A stretch of DNA of 64,000 nt from Eledone cirrhosa (taxonomy: Eukaryota). The stretch spans positions 18,937-82,936 of the forward strand of contig CAXHJY010000790.1 in the NCBI GenBank assembly GCA_964016885.1, given 5' to 3'. The position numbers and the translations under genes were made by a program. Position 1 is the stretch's first letter. Every line of letters begins with the position of its first letter. Of the stretch, positions 1-12,578 are shown one piece after another. The notes under the pieces were generated by a model. That model was given only the letters and a program-made list of their open reading frames with translations. It did not search any database and was not told the origin of the DNA.

Positions 1-444
1 GTAGCTTTTATGTAGTTCATTATATATAAACTTTCTATAAGTAATATAATCTAGGCTGTATATGTTATTAGTTTTATCTGCGTGTACAATAATTTTATTA
101 CTAGTTTTGAATCCACTAATAGAAGTGTTAAGTTTGTTTAAGAAGGTGTTGCTTCTAATATGGTGCTTATTGTATTTAATGTTCTTAACTAGTTTAACTA
201 GGTCATTTTCAAAGGAGTTAAGTAGAGTGTTATGAGGGGGGCTTTTAAAGGTTTTAAAGCCGAAGGAGTCAAAATTGTTAGTATTATTCAAGTTGTTAGA
301 TTTGTTTCTATCATAATGGAATGTCCTCCATCTCACTCTATTGATAAATGAATTTACACTGTTGATCAGCAATTTCTCATATGTATTCCTGGATGGTATT
401 GGTATGTTCTTGGTTGACATGGGGAGTTGGTCTTTGATTAGCAT
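1..444 (-). CDS. N-terminal 148 aa of a PLE reverse transcriptase/GIY-YIG ORF (partial, continues beyond position 1)
   Basis: Manual translation is stop-free: MLIKDQLPMSTKNIPIPSRNTYEKLLINSVNSFINRVRWRTFHY...FGFKTFKSPP...FENDLVKLVKNIKY...IIVHADKTNNIYSLDYITYRKFIYNELHKSY. The SxKNIPIP, RxRW, GFKT, FExDL and ADKTxNxY motifs match my recollection of Naiad-clade PLE N-termini. In-frame TAA upstream at 484-486. Absent from the ORF track, presumably because it has no stop in the window. Confidence 0.85.
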   Translation of the reverse strand, partial: MLIKDQLPMSTKNIPIPSRNTYEKLLINSVNSFINRVRWRTFHYDRNKSNNLNNTNNFDSFGFKTFKSPPHNTLLNSFENDLVKLVKNIKYNKHHIRSNTFLNKLNTSISGFKTSNKIIVHADKTNNIYSLDYITYRKFIYNELHKSY

Positions 445-650
445 ATTGGCAATATTATATGTCAGCTCAACGATATGGAGCAGTTAATAGTATTAGTTAT
501 ACTATTTATGGTTATGTAAACACAAAACCTTAAGCAGTTGTAAGTATTTTACACACACCCTAAATAGTGGTAGGCAGTAATGTATTACTACCTTATTACC
601 AGTAAGTTAAGTAGCTCAATGTAAAAACATCAGATGATTTACAGAGCAGT

Positions 651-1919
651 TATATGAAATATAAGAATCAAAGAACTGTTCAAAACATTATTGTGCTTAC
701 AGCTGTTTCCTCCAAACCGAGGTTTGGATTCTTCGGAGCAATTTATTAATGCATGGACAGTTATATGACCTCCCTTTCAGCCGAGAGACATACCAATACA
801 AACATTGATACATATTCAAACATTGTGGGTCAACATTCATTACAGAATTTAGAGTGGCAGTGCACACTTCGAGAATTACATTTATATTAATAGGTACAAT
901 CAAAAATCAAAGATATAGGTTAAAGTACAACATGAAGATAAGTGGTTATATAGTGCAAATGTTATATGTGTGGCACGCATGTGCGTCTTGTTTATATAGT
1001 GTGGCAGAGAGATATGTGTGGTAGAGGCACTTAGGTAGGTAAATAAGAGTGTTAGGTTGGTAGATCTGGTGGCAAAGTCTTTATATGATTGATATAGTCT
1101 GTGTGTGGAGAAATATTATAAGCATTAAAGATAGTGCAAGCATTAAAAGTGTTATAAGTATTGGAGATGCACAGCGCAGGGATGTCAAGTAATTCATGTA
1201 CTTCGGTATTTTCATGGTCAAGGGAGTGTATATTTCGATTATATGCCTTTCACATAATCCACGACAATCCAGTTAGAGATCGTAGTCTGGTGTTCTTTAG
1301 TTCGATACAGGAGGTTGTTACGTTTCGAGAGACGCCATTGAATACCGGAAGTGTGTGTGTGGCTAAGGGGAGTTAATGCATGCGGGGAGGTAACTCTGGG
1401 GTTTCTATATCTAGCCATTAAAATGTGTCCCAATATAGACCCTAAATTCTATGGTGAGGTGCACCTTCCAAGAGAGACTTTTAAAGCATAAAGTGTACTA
1501 ACTATAGAGTAGTTTAACTAAATTATGCTGAAGGTGATCATATTATTATTAAGGTGGATTAACCCATCTTAAGGTGCTACAAATGGAAATTATAGATGAT
1601 GAGCGAGGATTCTAAATTAATGATCTCTGTGGTTGTAGTCTGCTCATATGACCAGGCGCGGTGATTGCAGGATTGCTTCAGGACCCAATGATCTCTGGTA
1701 AGATCTGGGTCATCGCTTGCTACATTGGATGCCGAAAGACAATCATCCCCAGGCAGGCCAAAGGTCAATCCGCAGTCCTCGCGACCCCTCTCTGACCGTC
1801 AGATCATCCATATACGTACAACCCGCACGGCAGTTGCATTGCATTCACTCACTGCGCTCAGCAGCCTGGTCCTACTGGTCAACAGCGCTACTCGATTAAA
1901 TCATTTTACATCTGTCTAA
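651..1919 (-). repeat. pLTR arm 1 (inverted repeat of 2475-3743)
   Basis: Six ORFs in the track are exact mirror images (coordinate sum 4394); ends checked by eye (651<->3743, 1919<->2475). Confidence 0.95.
694..740 (-). ncRNA. Minimal type I hammerhead ribozyme in pLTR (CCGAAGA core variant)
   Basis: Mirror of 3654-3700; lies about 250 nt upstream of the ORF ATG. Confidence 0.75.
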
Positions 1920-2216
1920 ATTAGATATAACTCGCACATCCACTCGTTCAAAAAGCACAGCCTAGCCAACTCCACCTCACTTTCTAGCTACATACACTTT
2001 CTAAAATCTAAAAATAAACCATACACACTCAAATGGGAAGTGATAGGCAGCGCGACCTCGTACAAACCACCTAATAAATTCTGTAACCTCTGTATACTAG
2101 AGACACACAATATTATCTTCTCCAACCGTAACCTACTTAACAAAAAATCTGAGGTGTTTGCAACTTGCCAGCACCGCCTCAGACATTCCTTCCAAAACTT
2201 TAAGCCCTATATATAG
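1920..2216 (+). pseudogene. 5'-truncated C-terminal GIY-YIG endonuclease segment of the PLE ORF
   Basis: Stop-free from 1923: RYNSHIHSFKKHSLANSTSLSSYIHFLKSKNKPYTLKWEVIGSATSYKPPNKFCNLCILETHNIIFSNRNLLNKKSEVFATCQHRLRHSFQNFKPYI* (TAG 2214-2216). Shows RxxxH, STxLS, W, CxLCxxE, LN and CxH motifs typical of Naiad-type endonucleases. Confidence 0.85.
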
Positions 2217-2474
2217 CAATGTCGGACTGGAACCTAACACCACATCTAGCATCAAACACCAGAGACACACCCTATACTACATACCCAACACTAGCTGATC
2301 CATTATAACACAAACAACGACATCCCTCTGGAACCCTTCGCAGGAAATTACCCATTTATACCTCTACGGCAGGTGTGACAACATCCACCCACCTGGACGG
2401 CACTACACCGCTCTAAGGGTAATTTGAGCATGAATTGATCGGTTGGATGGTGTTGGGCAGAGGAAACACCTTCC

Positions 2475-3743
2475 TTAGACAGATGTAAAATGATTTAATC
2501 GAGTAGCGCTGTTGACCAGTAGGACCAGGCTGCTGAGCGCAGTGAGTGAATGCAATGCAACTGCCGTGCGGGTTGTACGTATATGGATGATCTGACGGTC
2601 AGAGAGGGGTCGCGAGGACTGCGGATTGACCTTTGGCCTGCCTGGGGATGATTGTCTTTCGGCATCCAATGTAGCAAGCGATGACCCAGATCTTACCAGA
2701 GATCATTGGGTCCTGAAGCAATCCTGCAATCACCGCGCCTGGTCATATGAGCAGACTACAACCACAGAGATCATTAATTTAGAATCCTCGCTCATCATCT
2801 ATAATTTCCATTTGTAGCACCTTAAGATGGGTTAATCCACCTTAATAATAATATGATCACCTTCAGCATAATTTAGTTAAACTACTCTATAGTTAGTACA
2901 CTTTATGCTTTAAAAGTCTCTCTTGGAAGGTGCACCTCACCATAGAATTTAGGGTCTATATTGGGACACATTTTAATGGCTAGATATAGAAACCCCAGAG
3001 TTACCTCCCCGCATGCATTAACTCCCCTTAGCCACACACACACTTCCGGTATTCAATGGCGTCTCTCGAAACGTAACAACCTCCTGTATCGAACTAAAGA
3101 ACACCAGACTACGATCTCTAACTGGATTGTCGTGGATTATGTGAAAGGCATATAATCGAAATATACACTCCCTTGACCATGAAAATACCGAAGTACATGA
3201 ATTACTTGACATCCCTGCGCTGTGCATCTCCAATACTTATAACACTTTTAATGCTTGCACTATCTTTAATGCTTATAATATTTCTCCACACACAGACTAT
3301 ATCAATCATATAAAGACTTTGCCACCAGATCTACCAACCTAACACTCTTATTTACCTACCTAAGTGCCTCTACCACACATATCTCTCTGCCACACTATAT
3401 AAACAAGACGCACATGCGTGCCACACATATAACATTTGCACTATATAACCACTTATCTTCATGTTGTACTTTAACCTATATCTTTGATTTTTGATTGTAC
3501 CTATTAATATAAATGTAATTCTCGAAGTGTGCACTGCCACTCTAAATTCTGTAATGAATGTTGACCCACAATGTTTGAATATGTATCAATGTTTGTATTG
3601 GTATGTCTCTCGGCTGAAAGGGAGGTCATATAACTGTCCATGCATTAATAAATTGCTCCGAAGAATCCAAACCTCGGTTTGGAGGAAACAGCTGTAAGCA
3701 CAATAATGTTTTGAACAGTTCTTTGATTCTTATATTTCATATA
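2475..3743 (+). repeat. pLTR arm 2 / PLE 3' UTR
   Basis: Reverse complement of 651-1919; follows the endonuclease stop codon and ends at a TA tract. Confidence 0.95.
3654..3700 (+). ncRNA. Minimal type I hammerhead ribozyme (CCGAAGA core variant)
   Basis: tgct-CCGAAGA-a-tccaaacc tc ggtttgga-g-GAAA-c agct g-TA-agca: stem I, 8-bp stem II, palindromic stem III, predicted cut after GUA at 3696. Confidence 0.75.
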
Positions 3744-3776
3744 TTTCATATATATATATATATATATATACAAGTA

Positions 3777-3808
<32 letters not shown>

Positions 3809-3828
3809 CAAGTATATTTATATATATC

Positions 3829-3880
<52 letters not shown>

Positions 3881-3884
3881 AGTA

Positions 3885-3924
<40 letters not shown>

Positions 3925-3928
3925 AGTA

Positions 3929-3968
<40 letters not shown>

Positions 3969-3993
3969 AGTATATTTATATATATCTATATAC

Positions 3994-4045
<52 letters not shown>

Positions 4046-4070
4046 AGTATATTTATATATATCTATATAC

Positions 4071-4115
<45 letters not shown>

Positions 4116-4272
4116 AACAGAGAACCTCTGGGACCCAACATATTCCAAGATATTGCCTCGTTGTTATTAATCAATAACGTTCGATAAAATATCTCATCAC
4201 ATCTATTTACGTTAATATAATAATTAATATATATACACACACCCATATATACATGTATATACACACATATAT

Positions 4273-4328
<56 letters not shown>

Positions 4329-4623
4329 GCATAAATATATATATGGAAATATATATATGTATATCTATATACATCCACCCATACATATAGATAGATAGAT
4401 AGATAAATAGTTAGATAGAGTAAGTCCTTTGTGGTGGGATAGCAAATTAATCCTGTTAGTATCAAGTTGTCCCTAATTAGATAAAAACTGACATATATAT
4501 ATTGATATCCAATATCTAATGTCTTATATGATATACTATATAGATATACTTTCACTTTGAAAGTTGTGGCTAAACTGTTCAACATTTAGCAAGTAGATAT
4601 ACACACAGGCATATAGATATATG

Positions 4624-4697
<74 letters not shown>

Positions 4698-4816
4698 ATA
4701 CATGTATATATACATATATGTGTGTATATATGTGTATGTTTGTATGTATATATGTGTGTTTGTGTGTGTATACATGTATATGTACATATATGTGTGTATA
4801 TATGTGTATGTTTGTG

Positions 4817-4855
<39 letters not shown>

Positions 4856-5252
4856 ATACATGTATATATACATATATGTGTGTATATATGTGTATGTTTG
4901 TATGTATATATGTGTATGTTTGTGTATATATATATGTGTGTGTGTGTATACATGTATATATACATATATGTGTATATATGTGTGTTTGTATGTATATATG
5001 TGTTTGTGTTTGTGTGTATGTTTGTATGTATATATGTGTGTTTGTGTGTGTATACATGTATATATACATATATGTGTGTATATATGTGTATGTTTGTATG
5101 TATATATGTGTATGTTTGTGTATATATATATATATGTGCGTGTGTGAGTGTGTATATACATATGTTTGTGTATGTGTGTACATATGTGTTTGTGTATATA
5201 TGTGAATATATATATGCCTGTATAAGTATGTGTAAATATATGTGTATTTGTG

Positions 5253-5297
<45 letters not shown>

Positions 5298-5298
5298 A

Positions 5299-5330
<32 letters not shown>

Positions 5331-5341
5331 CAGACATAGAT

Positions 5342-5397
<56 letters not shown>
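3744..5397. repeat. Compound (TA)n/(TG)n microsatellite field with caagtatattta sub-repeat
   Basis: Directly visible; includes short unique stretches near 4110-4220 and 4370-4620. Confidence 0.9.
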
Positions 5398-5399
<2 letters not shown>

Positions 5400-5597
5400 C
5401 AAAGGAAATGTGGTAAGGAACCAGGTGGACCATAACGCACCAAAGTACTCAATACTTAGGGTAGTAGAGTGGGTAATAGGAACTAGTAGGACCCCGACGG
5501 CTGAGCTCAAGCCGTTTCGACGGCTAATTCTGGACTTTTAGTCCAGAATTAGCCGTCGAAACGGCTTTAGCTCAGCCGTCGGGGTCCTACTCGTTCC

Positions 5598-5600
<3 letters not shown>
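5398..5600. mobile_element. Fold-back PLE-terminus-like cassette, family A (HHR 3' half on both strands)
   Basis: Arms 5476-5536 and 5540-5600; GAAAC-ggct..agcc-GTC stem III; TA tracts on both sides; homologous to 55999-56192 and 23221-23286. Confidence 0.7.
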
Positions 5601-5656
<56 letters not shown>

Positions 5657-5814
5657 TGTATACGTAGCAGAACTCGGATTTATACGAAGCGCTAATGTGA
5701 TAAAGTTAATTTTGTTTTGTAGAACTAGAATCTACAAAACCAAATTGTAACAATACCAAATTGTATCTTTATAAAATTAAATTCTTTAGAACTACAATTG
5801 AAGTCATTCTTTTC

Positions 5815-6430
5815 CTCTGTATTCGCAAACATATTCTTTCGGCCATTACCCAAAATTCATGACAATAAGGGTTGACACGAAAACCAGATTGAAGATTTGC
5901 TTTCACACCAACCTCCCTTCTTCTGATTAGTGAATGCAGAAGTTGGTTCATTGCTGCACCAGTTCCTGCAATTCTGGCGTTTACCTTACAACAGCTCTCC
6001 ATACAAAGCTTATTTGGGGAGTCTGCTGTCCTCTAGATGCACAATGGGACCTGACCACGGAGATGCTGTTTCACGATCATGGACTCGATGCTTAGCAGAC
6101 AGGCCTGCTGGGGTATCTGGGGTATGAGACCTCCATGAGATTTTGAGGATGGAGCACAAGCATTGTTGGATGAAATGAGGTGCTGAATATGCCCACGGTA
6201 TGTTGTCCATGTCTCATAAGTTGGTTCATTGCTGCACCAGTTCCTGCAATTCTTGCACTTCGGCCGCTAGTATTCGCGATCATATACTTTCGGTCAGTAC
6301 CCAAGATATATGATAATAGCTAAGGGTTGATACATGTACCGAAATGACCCTAGCGGGGTTTGCTTGTACGCCTAGCTCCCTTCTTCTGGTTACCGGATGC
6401 TGTATATGGCGCATTGCTGCATTAGATACT
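5815..6430 (-). mobile_element. Degraded RTE-clade LINE fragments (Rex3/Expander-like pieces flanking a BovB-like piece at about 5976-6185)
   Basis: Translations RRREVGVKANL..CHEFWVMAERICLRIQ and HFIQQCLCSILKISW..WSGPIVHLEDSRLPK*ALYGEL resemble RTE post-RT motifs. Confidence 0.7.
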
Positions 6431-6459
6431 GGGGATGTTACTTCCATTAATGATTGTAC

Positions 6460-7160
6460 TTCCCCTCTCTCACTCTCTCTCACTCTCTCTCACTCTCTCT
6501 CACTCTCTCTCACTCTCTCTCTCTCACTCTCTCTCTCTCTCTCTCTCCCTCCCTGGTTTCTCCGACCCTCTCTCTCTCTCCCTGGCTTCTCCGACCCTCT
6601 CTCCCTTCCACTCTCTCCCCTCCCTGTTTTCTCCGACCCTCTCTCTCTCTCCCCCTTCCTCTCTCTCCTCTCCCTATTTTCTCCGACCCTCGCTCTCTCT
6701 CTCTCTCTCTCTCTCCCTGTTTTCTCCGACCCTCTCTCTCTCTCTCTCTCCCCTCCCTGTTTTCTCCGACCCTCTCTCTCTCTCTCTCTCCCCTCCCTGT
6801 TTTCTCCGACCCTTTCTCTCCCTTCTTCTCCTACTTATTACGATCCTCTCTCTCTTTATCTCCTCCTCCTCTTCTCCGACCCCCTGTCTCTCCCTTCCTC
6901 GCCCTCATCCGCCACCTTTTCTGTCACCCCCTTTCTCTCTCTCTCCCTTCCTCTCCCTCCTTTCCCCCGACCCTATCTCTCCCTTTCCCCCTCTCTCCCC
7001 CTCTCTCCCCCTCTCTCCCCCTCTTCCCCTCAATATCCTTCTATTTTATAAGCGATATGTCACATGTATATAACACCCCCTCCGTCTCTCTCTCTTCCTC
7101 TCCCTCATTTCCCCCGACCCTCTCTCTCCCTTCCCCTCTCTCTCTCTCTCTTCTCCTCAA
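6460..7160. repeat. (CT)n-rich minisatellite with ttctccgaccc unit
   Basis: Directly visible. Confidence 0.85.
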
Positions 7161-8069
7161 TATCCTTCTATTTCATAAGCGATATGTCACACATGTATAT
7201 AACGAGGTCGTGGCCATTTTTACACAAGTGAAAATTATTCGTTGATTGAACCGACCGCAACACATGTCTTCAGTTTATTGTTCTGAAACACTTTAACCAA
7301 TGGGGGGATGAACTTGGCAGGATTTGGGGCCCCTCGGGTTTTCAACTCTGAACATAAACGTTTGAAACAGAATGAAACACAGTAAATTCTTTCTGCCAAA
7401 AAAATAAATCCGACAAAAATGCATTTAATATGCTAATCTCGCATAATTTTCTAATTTTCGAAACATTTCCATTCTTATACATTAGGGTAACCCTATGTAG
7501 TAATGTCTGTGAGTGGAAAAGACAAGATTCGCTCCCATTTGTGTTGTTTTTATTCTGCAAAATATAATCATAATAATAATAATAATAAGAAGAAGAAGAA
7601 TTTCCATTAGCTCATTTCATTGGAGTTATTTCCCTTGGCTAGTTGCTTTATATTTTTCAATACCTCACGAGAAAGAGAACGATAGAGAGCGAGCGAGAGA
7701 GAGGGAGACCTTTGTGAAGGAAAGAAAGAATTTGTCTATCAATAGAATAGATATATCGTAACACTAGCCATGTGGCGTTTGTCCCTTCTTCTTTTTGTCG
7801 CTTCAGTTTGTTTGTTTTTCTTTGCTTCTTTCGTTTCTTTTTTTCCGTCTTTCTTCTTTTTTTTCTTCTTCTTTTATTCCTTTTTTTTCTTTTTTCTTTT
7901 CCTTTTTTTGTCTCTTTTTTCTTCATCTGATATAATTAAACAGTTGAGCAAAGAAAGGCAAAGAAAACAGAGGAAAAGTATTGAATTGTAAAAAGCCTAA
8001 AGAATGATAAAAAAAAATAACGTATATGGCAAAAATGATATAAATGATATAATATGATATAACTACAAG

Positions 8070-8696
<627 letters not shown>

Positions 8697-8829
8697 TGTG
8701 TGACGGGTTCTGCGATTTCTCTCTATGAAGTTCCAATCACATATATATATATGTATATATATGTATGTGTGTGTGACGGGTTCTGCGATTTCTCTCTATG
8801 AAGTTCCAATCACATATATATATATATAT

Positions 8830-8948
8830 GAAGGCGTGTGGCTGAGTGGTTAGAGAATTGGATTCGCAATCGTAAGGTTGTGAGTTCGATTCCTGGACCA
8901 GGCGATGCGTTATGTCCTTGAGCAAGACACTTTATTTCACGTTGCTCC
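8830..8948 (+). mobile_element. tRNA-derived SINE 5' part
   Basis: A box tggctgagtgg, B box gttcgattcc, body ttgagcaagacactttatttcacgttgctcc; related to 39216-39497 and 40029-40137. Confidence 0.85.
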
Positions 8949-9115
8949 TTCTACCTGGAGTTGCGACTGATAGATAGTATTAGCAATTGGAAAGACCAAC
9001 GGAAACATTGTTCCCTCGGTCCGATTTGACGAAAGTCGATCGTTCCTACTATATATATATATATATATATTAGAATATAAATATTAATAAAATAGATGTT
9101 CTTTTGATCAATTAC

Positions 9116-9168
9116 ATTTTATTATACATATTTCGGATGTACAGCAGTACGTCCTCATCAGACAAAAT
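9116..9168 (-). ncRNA. Type I hammerhead ribozyme
   Basis: attttgt-CTGATGA-ggacgtac tgct gtacatcc-GAAA-tatgta-TA-ataaaat; a TA tract lies about 45 nt downstream. Confidence 0.85.
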
Positions 9169-10384
9169 ATAATGATACATGACATACCCTGAGATGTTAA
9201 ATGGTTAAGATTTAATCAAGGTAGTGATTAACCTAAGAGAAAATTTTACATTTATACCCTAATAATGAGAAAATGCAAAAACGTAATAAATTCAATAGAG
9301 AATGTGTGAGTAAGAAAAACGTTGCTTAATGTACCAGTTATCGAGATTTTAATATGTATGATACTTGTTTCTACTTTAGGCACAAGGCCAGCAATTACCC
9401 AGTGTATTACTGGTAATATTACAATTTATCTAGGAAAGCATTTCATGAATTATAACAGTCAGTGAGAGAGAGGGAAAGATGAGGGGGTAATATATGCAGA
9501 AGGAGATTTTTTTCCGAAAGTTAAACGGTTAAGTTTGAAAATATTTAATTTATGTTATCTTAGGGTGAAGAATCAAGATTTTAGTTTTTCTTTTTTAAAT
9601 TGGTGGTTATTTATATATTAGTTTTGTAAATTTTATAAGTGTGTTAACATTTCTAAGCTTCTGAATTTTTTTAGGATAACATTTAAAGGATTTAGCTGTC
9701 CATTAATAAGGAAAATTTACACTGTTGAATATTTTCCTAAATGTAATCTTTAATGAAGTTAATCATTGTCAACGTATTAGGTATGTAAAGCTTTTGAAGT
9801 ACTTATTGTTAGAAATATTCAAATAACGGTTATGTATATAGATATATATTAATTAATGAGCCAGTATATTTTAGGTAAATGATAATGAAAATAAAAATAA
9901 AATAATAGATTGAGGCATGTTAAAGTTAAATATATACCCATATATAACCGTGTGTAAATGTATTCATTATTCCTAGCTGAAAGTAAAAACAATCAAAAAA
10001 TTTAGAAGTTAACTGAAAATTATGTATAGAAAGATACAGGGAGTTATATATGGATATATCTTATATTAGTGATACAGTATACTTTAGGTAAATGATAACG
10101 GTTATAATTTTATATAATAAAGTTCTACGTGTTAAAGTTAAATACATATATATATATATAAGAAAAACAATAATAAATGCATGGATAATTCATAGTTCAA
10201 AATAATGTTTATAATAATTTGTAATTTGGATATTTGCTCTATATTTGAATCATGGATATAAGAATGCGGTAGGTATATTTAAAAACATAGAAAATATAAT
10301 TACATACATATTATGAATAAATTCCAATCTACTGTAAAACTCATTCTTTGATATACTCATTGAATTTTGTTTAACTCTTCAATA

Positions 10385-10442
<58 letters not shown>

Positions 10443-10552
10443 GGAGGTGAGTTTTATTGTAGTACATATATATAGTATGTATAGTATATATTGTAGTATA
10501 TATATAGTATATATTGTAGTACATATATATAGTAGTACATATATATATGTAG

Positions 10553-10623
<71 letters not shown>

Positions 10624-10800
10624 GTAAAAAATTGAACGGGAACAAAACAGAGAGGCAGTACGAAAAAAGGTTTATTAGTTTCAGGCTCTTGACAGTGAGG
10701 TGGTGGTGGGGAACGACGTTTCGGGCATAAGCCCTTTTTCAGGTGAAAAGTGTGTATGAAGAGAGTACCAAGGGTGTGTAGGGGAGTGGTGGAGAGACAT
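10624..10800 (-). mobile_element. PLE-terminus-like cassette with degenerate HHR (10712-10745)
   Basis: CTGAAAA-a-gggc ttat gccc-GAAAC-GTC with weak stem I; homologous to 42410-42574 (CTGAAGA retained, GAAAC lost) and to the units at 14363-14560. Confidence 0.6.
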
Positions 10801-11166
10801 ATAGAAAAAAGGGGGTGAGAGGAAACGGTACAAATGAAATTAAATATAAAAGCATAATAAAAATAAACATGAAGTAAAACAAGTGGTGGAAGGGTGTGGG
10901 GGCGTGTAGGGGTGGTGGCGGGTGGAGTGGGGAGAGGGAGGCGGGGTGTCCGAGCGGGGAGGGCTGAAGGTGGTGTGTGTAGGTGTACGTGTGTGTGTGT
11001 ATGTGAAAGTAAGAGTTGGGGGAAGCATACACTATACGATATATAATATATATATATATATATATGTGTGAATTAAGTAATTCCGTCGGAAAAGTCCAGG
11101 AAAAAAGAGTGCTCTATGTAGGTAACAGAGCTTAATAGTTATATAATAAACAACATAAGGCAATTA

Positions 11167-11227
11167 TTTCATTTACTAGTGGTTTCTTAAAAGCAAAAAA
11201 AAATTGCTTTCAATCATCAGAATGAAA
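11167..11227 (-). ncRNA. Type I hammerhead ribozyme
   Basis: tttcatt-CTGATGA-ttgaaagcaa..ttgcttttaa-GAAAC-cacta-GTA-aatgaaa; 7-bp stem I and 10-bp stem II. Confidence 0.8.
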
Positions 11228-11479
11228 AAATCCTAGCGTATTTATTGACGTTGGATTTTAAAATATATATATATCACACACACATATATGTATATATAAA
11301 TATATATATATGTATATTAGGGTGGCCCTTAGCAATAGGTCATATTCCGAAGGCTGCTCCCACGACCTAATCCTGTTACGATTAACAAGGACAACTATTA
11401 GGCGACCCTCAAACGCCTTGAAGTTGGAACATAGTATACGCAACCATTAATTCTGTTCAAAATCGGTAACATCATAAAT

Positions 11480-11737
11480 CATCGTCCGACGGACTCAGCC
11501 GAGATGGACTCAGCACTTGATCTCCACGTGGGTCTGTCGTTCATTGACGTTACCAAGTCCTTGATTTTAATACCAGAATCTCTGGAAATGAAATCGGGGT
11601 AGGAGAACTTGCGCCCCCTGTTATTAGTGAGTGCTTGTGGTTTCTAAAGCACTATTGGGGACACATCCCCGTAGGACCATTTTCTTTTTTCTTCTTAGAG
11701 AAATTTATGTGGACACATCCAGGCCACCCCAGCAAAT
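11480..11737 (-). mobile_element. RTE/RTEX-like LINE 3' fragment (degraded)
   Basis: Translation KPQALTNNRGRKFSYPDFISRDSGIKIKDLVTSMNDRPTW; related to 12888-13197. Confidence 0.7.
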
Positions 11738-11765
11738 GTATATATACATATATAGATTGTATATA

Positions 11766-11801
<36 letters not shown>

Positions 11802-11939
11802 ACCACATACTGATATATGTATATATGCTCCTCCCCTTCCTCACGTCCTCGCCCTTCATCTCCTACCTCCATGTCCAACCCTTGCTCCTCTATTTCCTCA
11901 CTTCCCCATCCTCGGCTACCTCCCATTTCTCTCCTTCCT

Positions 11940-12190
11940 ATCCTTGCTCTCATTGCTCTCATTGCTCTCCTTGCTCTCATAGCTCTCCTTGCTCTCATAG
12001 CTCTCCTTGCTCTCATAGCTCTCCTTGCCCTCTTTTTCTCCTTGCTCTCCTTTTCTCCTTGCCCTCTTTTTCTCCTTGCTCTCCTTTTCTCCTTGCTCTC
12101 CTTTTCTCATTGCTCTCCTTGCTCTCCTTGCTCTAATTGCTCTCCTTGCTCTCTCTTTCTCCTTGCTCTCATAGCTCTCCTTGCTCTTCT
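11940..12190. repeat. ttgctctc(c/at) minisatellite
   Basis: Directly visible. Confidence 0.85.
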
Positions 12191-12286
12191 TTTCTCCCTG
12201 TATCTATGTACTTGTTTATATACAAACACAATGAGAAAATGTGATGGAGACATGAAGGCAAGGATAGTAAGTAGAGTATATATCAG

Positions 12287-12390
<104 letters not shown>

Positions 12391-12511
12391 AGATGAGTTT
12401 TATTGTAGCACAATAAAGCAATGCAAATATCGGATAAGTAGCACTCTACAGTTTGTAGGACTGGAGTATAAATAATATAAGATCAAAAGATGGTTAAAAG
12501 AGTTCCAAGTA

Positions 12512-12578
12512 TTTCATTATGCGCATTTCAAAAACAAATATAATCATGAGATGATATCTGCGATTTCATCAGATAAAA
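12512..12578 (-). ncRNA. Type I hammerhead ribozyme (left member of inverted pair)
   Basis: Reverse complement of 12717-12783 with several substitutions; core CTGATGA..GAAA tgcgca TA intact. Confidence 0.75.

Larger units (their letters stand above)
1..3743. mobile_element. Penelope-like retroelement (Naiad-type): 5' part on the minus strand (1-1919) plus inverted 5'-truncated copy on the plus strand (1920-3743)
   Basis: PLE-type ORF N-terminus (444->1), GIY-YIG C-terminal fragment (1920-2216 +), 1269-bp inverted pLTR arms and an HHR near each pLTR end; the right end abuts (TA)n. Confidence 0.85.

Noticed and set aside
697-3697. Six mirrored 60-71 aa ORF pairs
   Set aside because: By-products of the inverted repeat with no recognisable motifs; used only to fix the repeat geometry.
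1920-3743. Selenoprotein Naiad (in-frame TGA plus SECIS)
   Set aside because: Visible Cys codons are TGT/TGC, there is no in-frame TGA in either visible segment, and I saw no clear SECIS. The unseen middle of the ORF cannot be judged.
4176-4200. GTGATGA-gat..atc-GAAC-GTT on the minus strand
   Set aside because: Two core defects and no stem I; too degenerate to call.
9170-10375. AT-rich stretch upstream of the 9116 HHR as a possible old PLE body
   Set aside because: I could not recover RT or endonuclease motifs in the frames I tried by eye; it needs tBLASTn.
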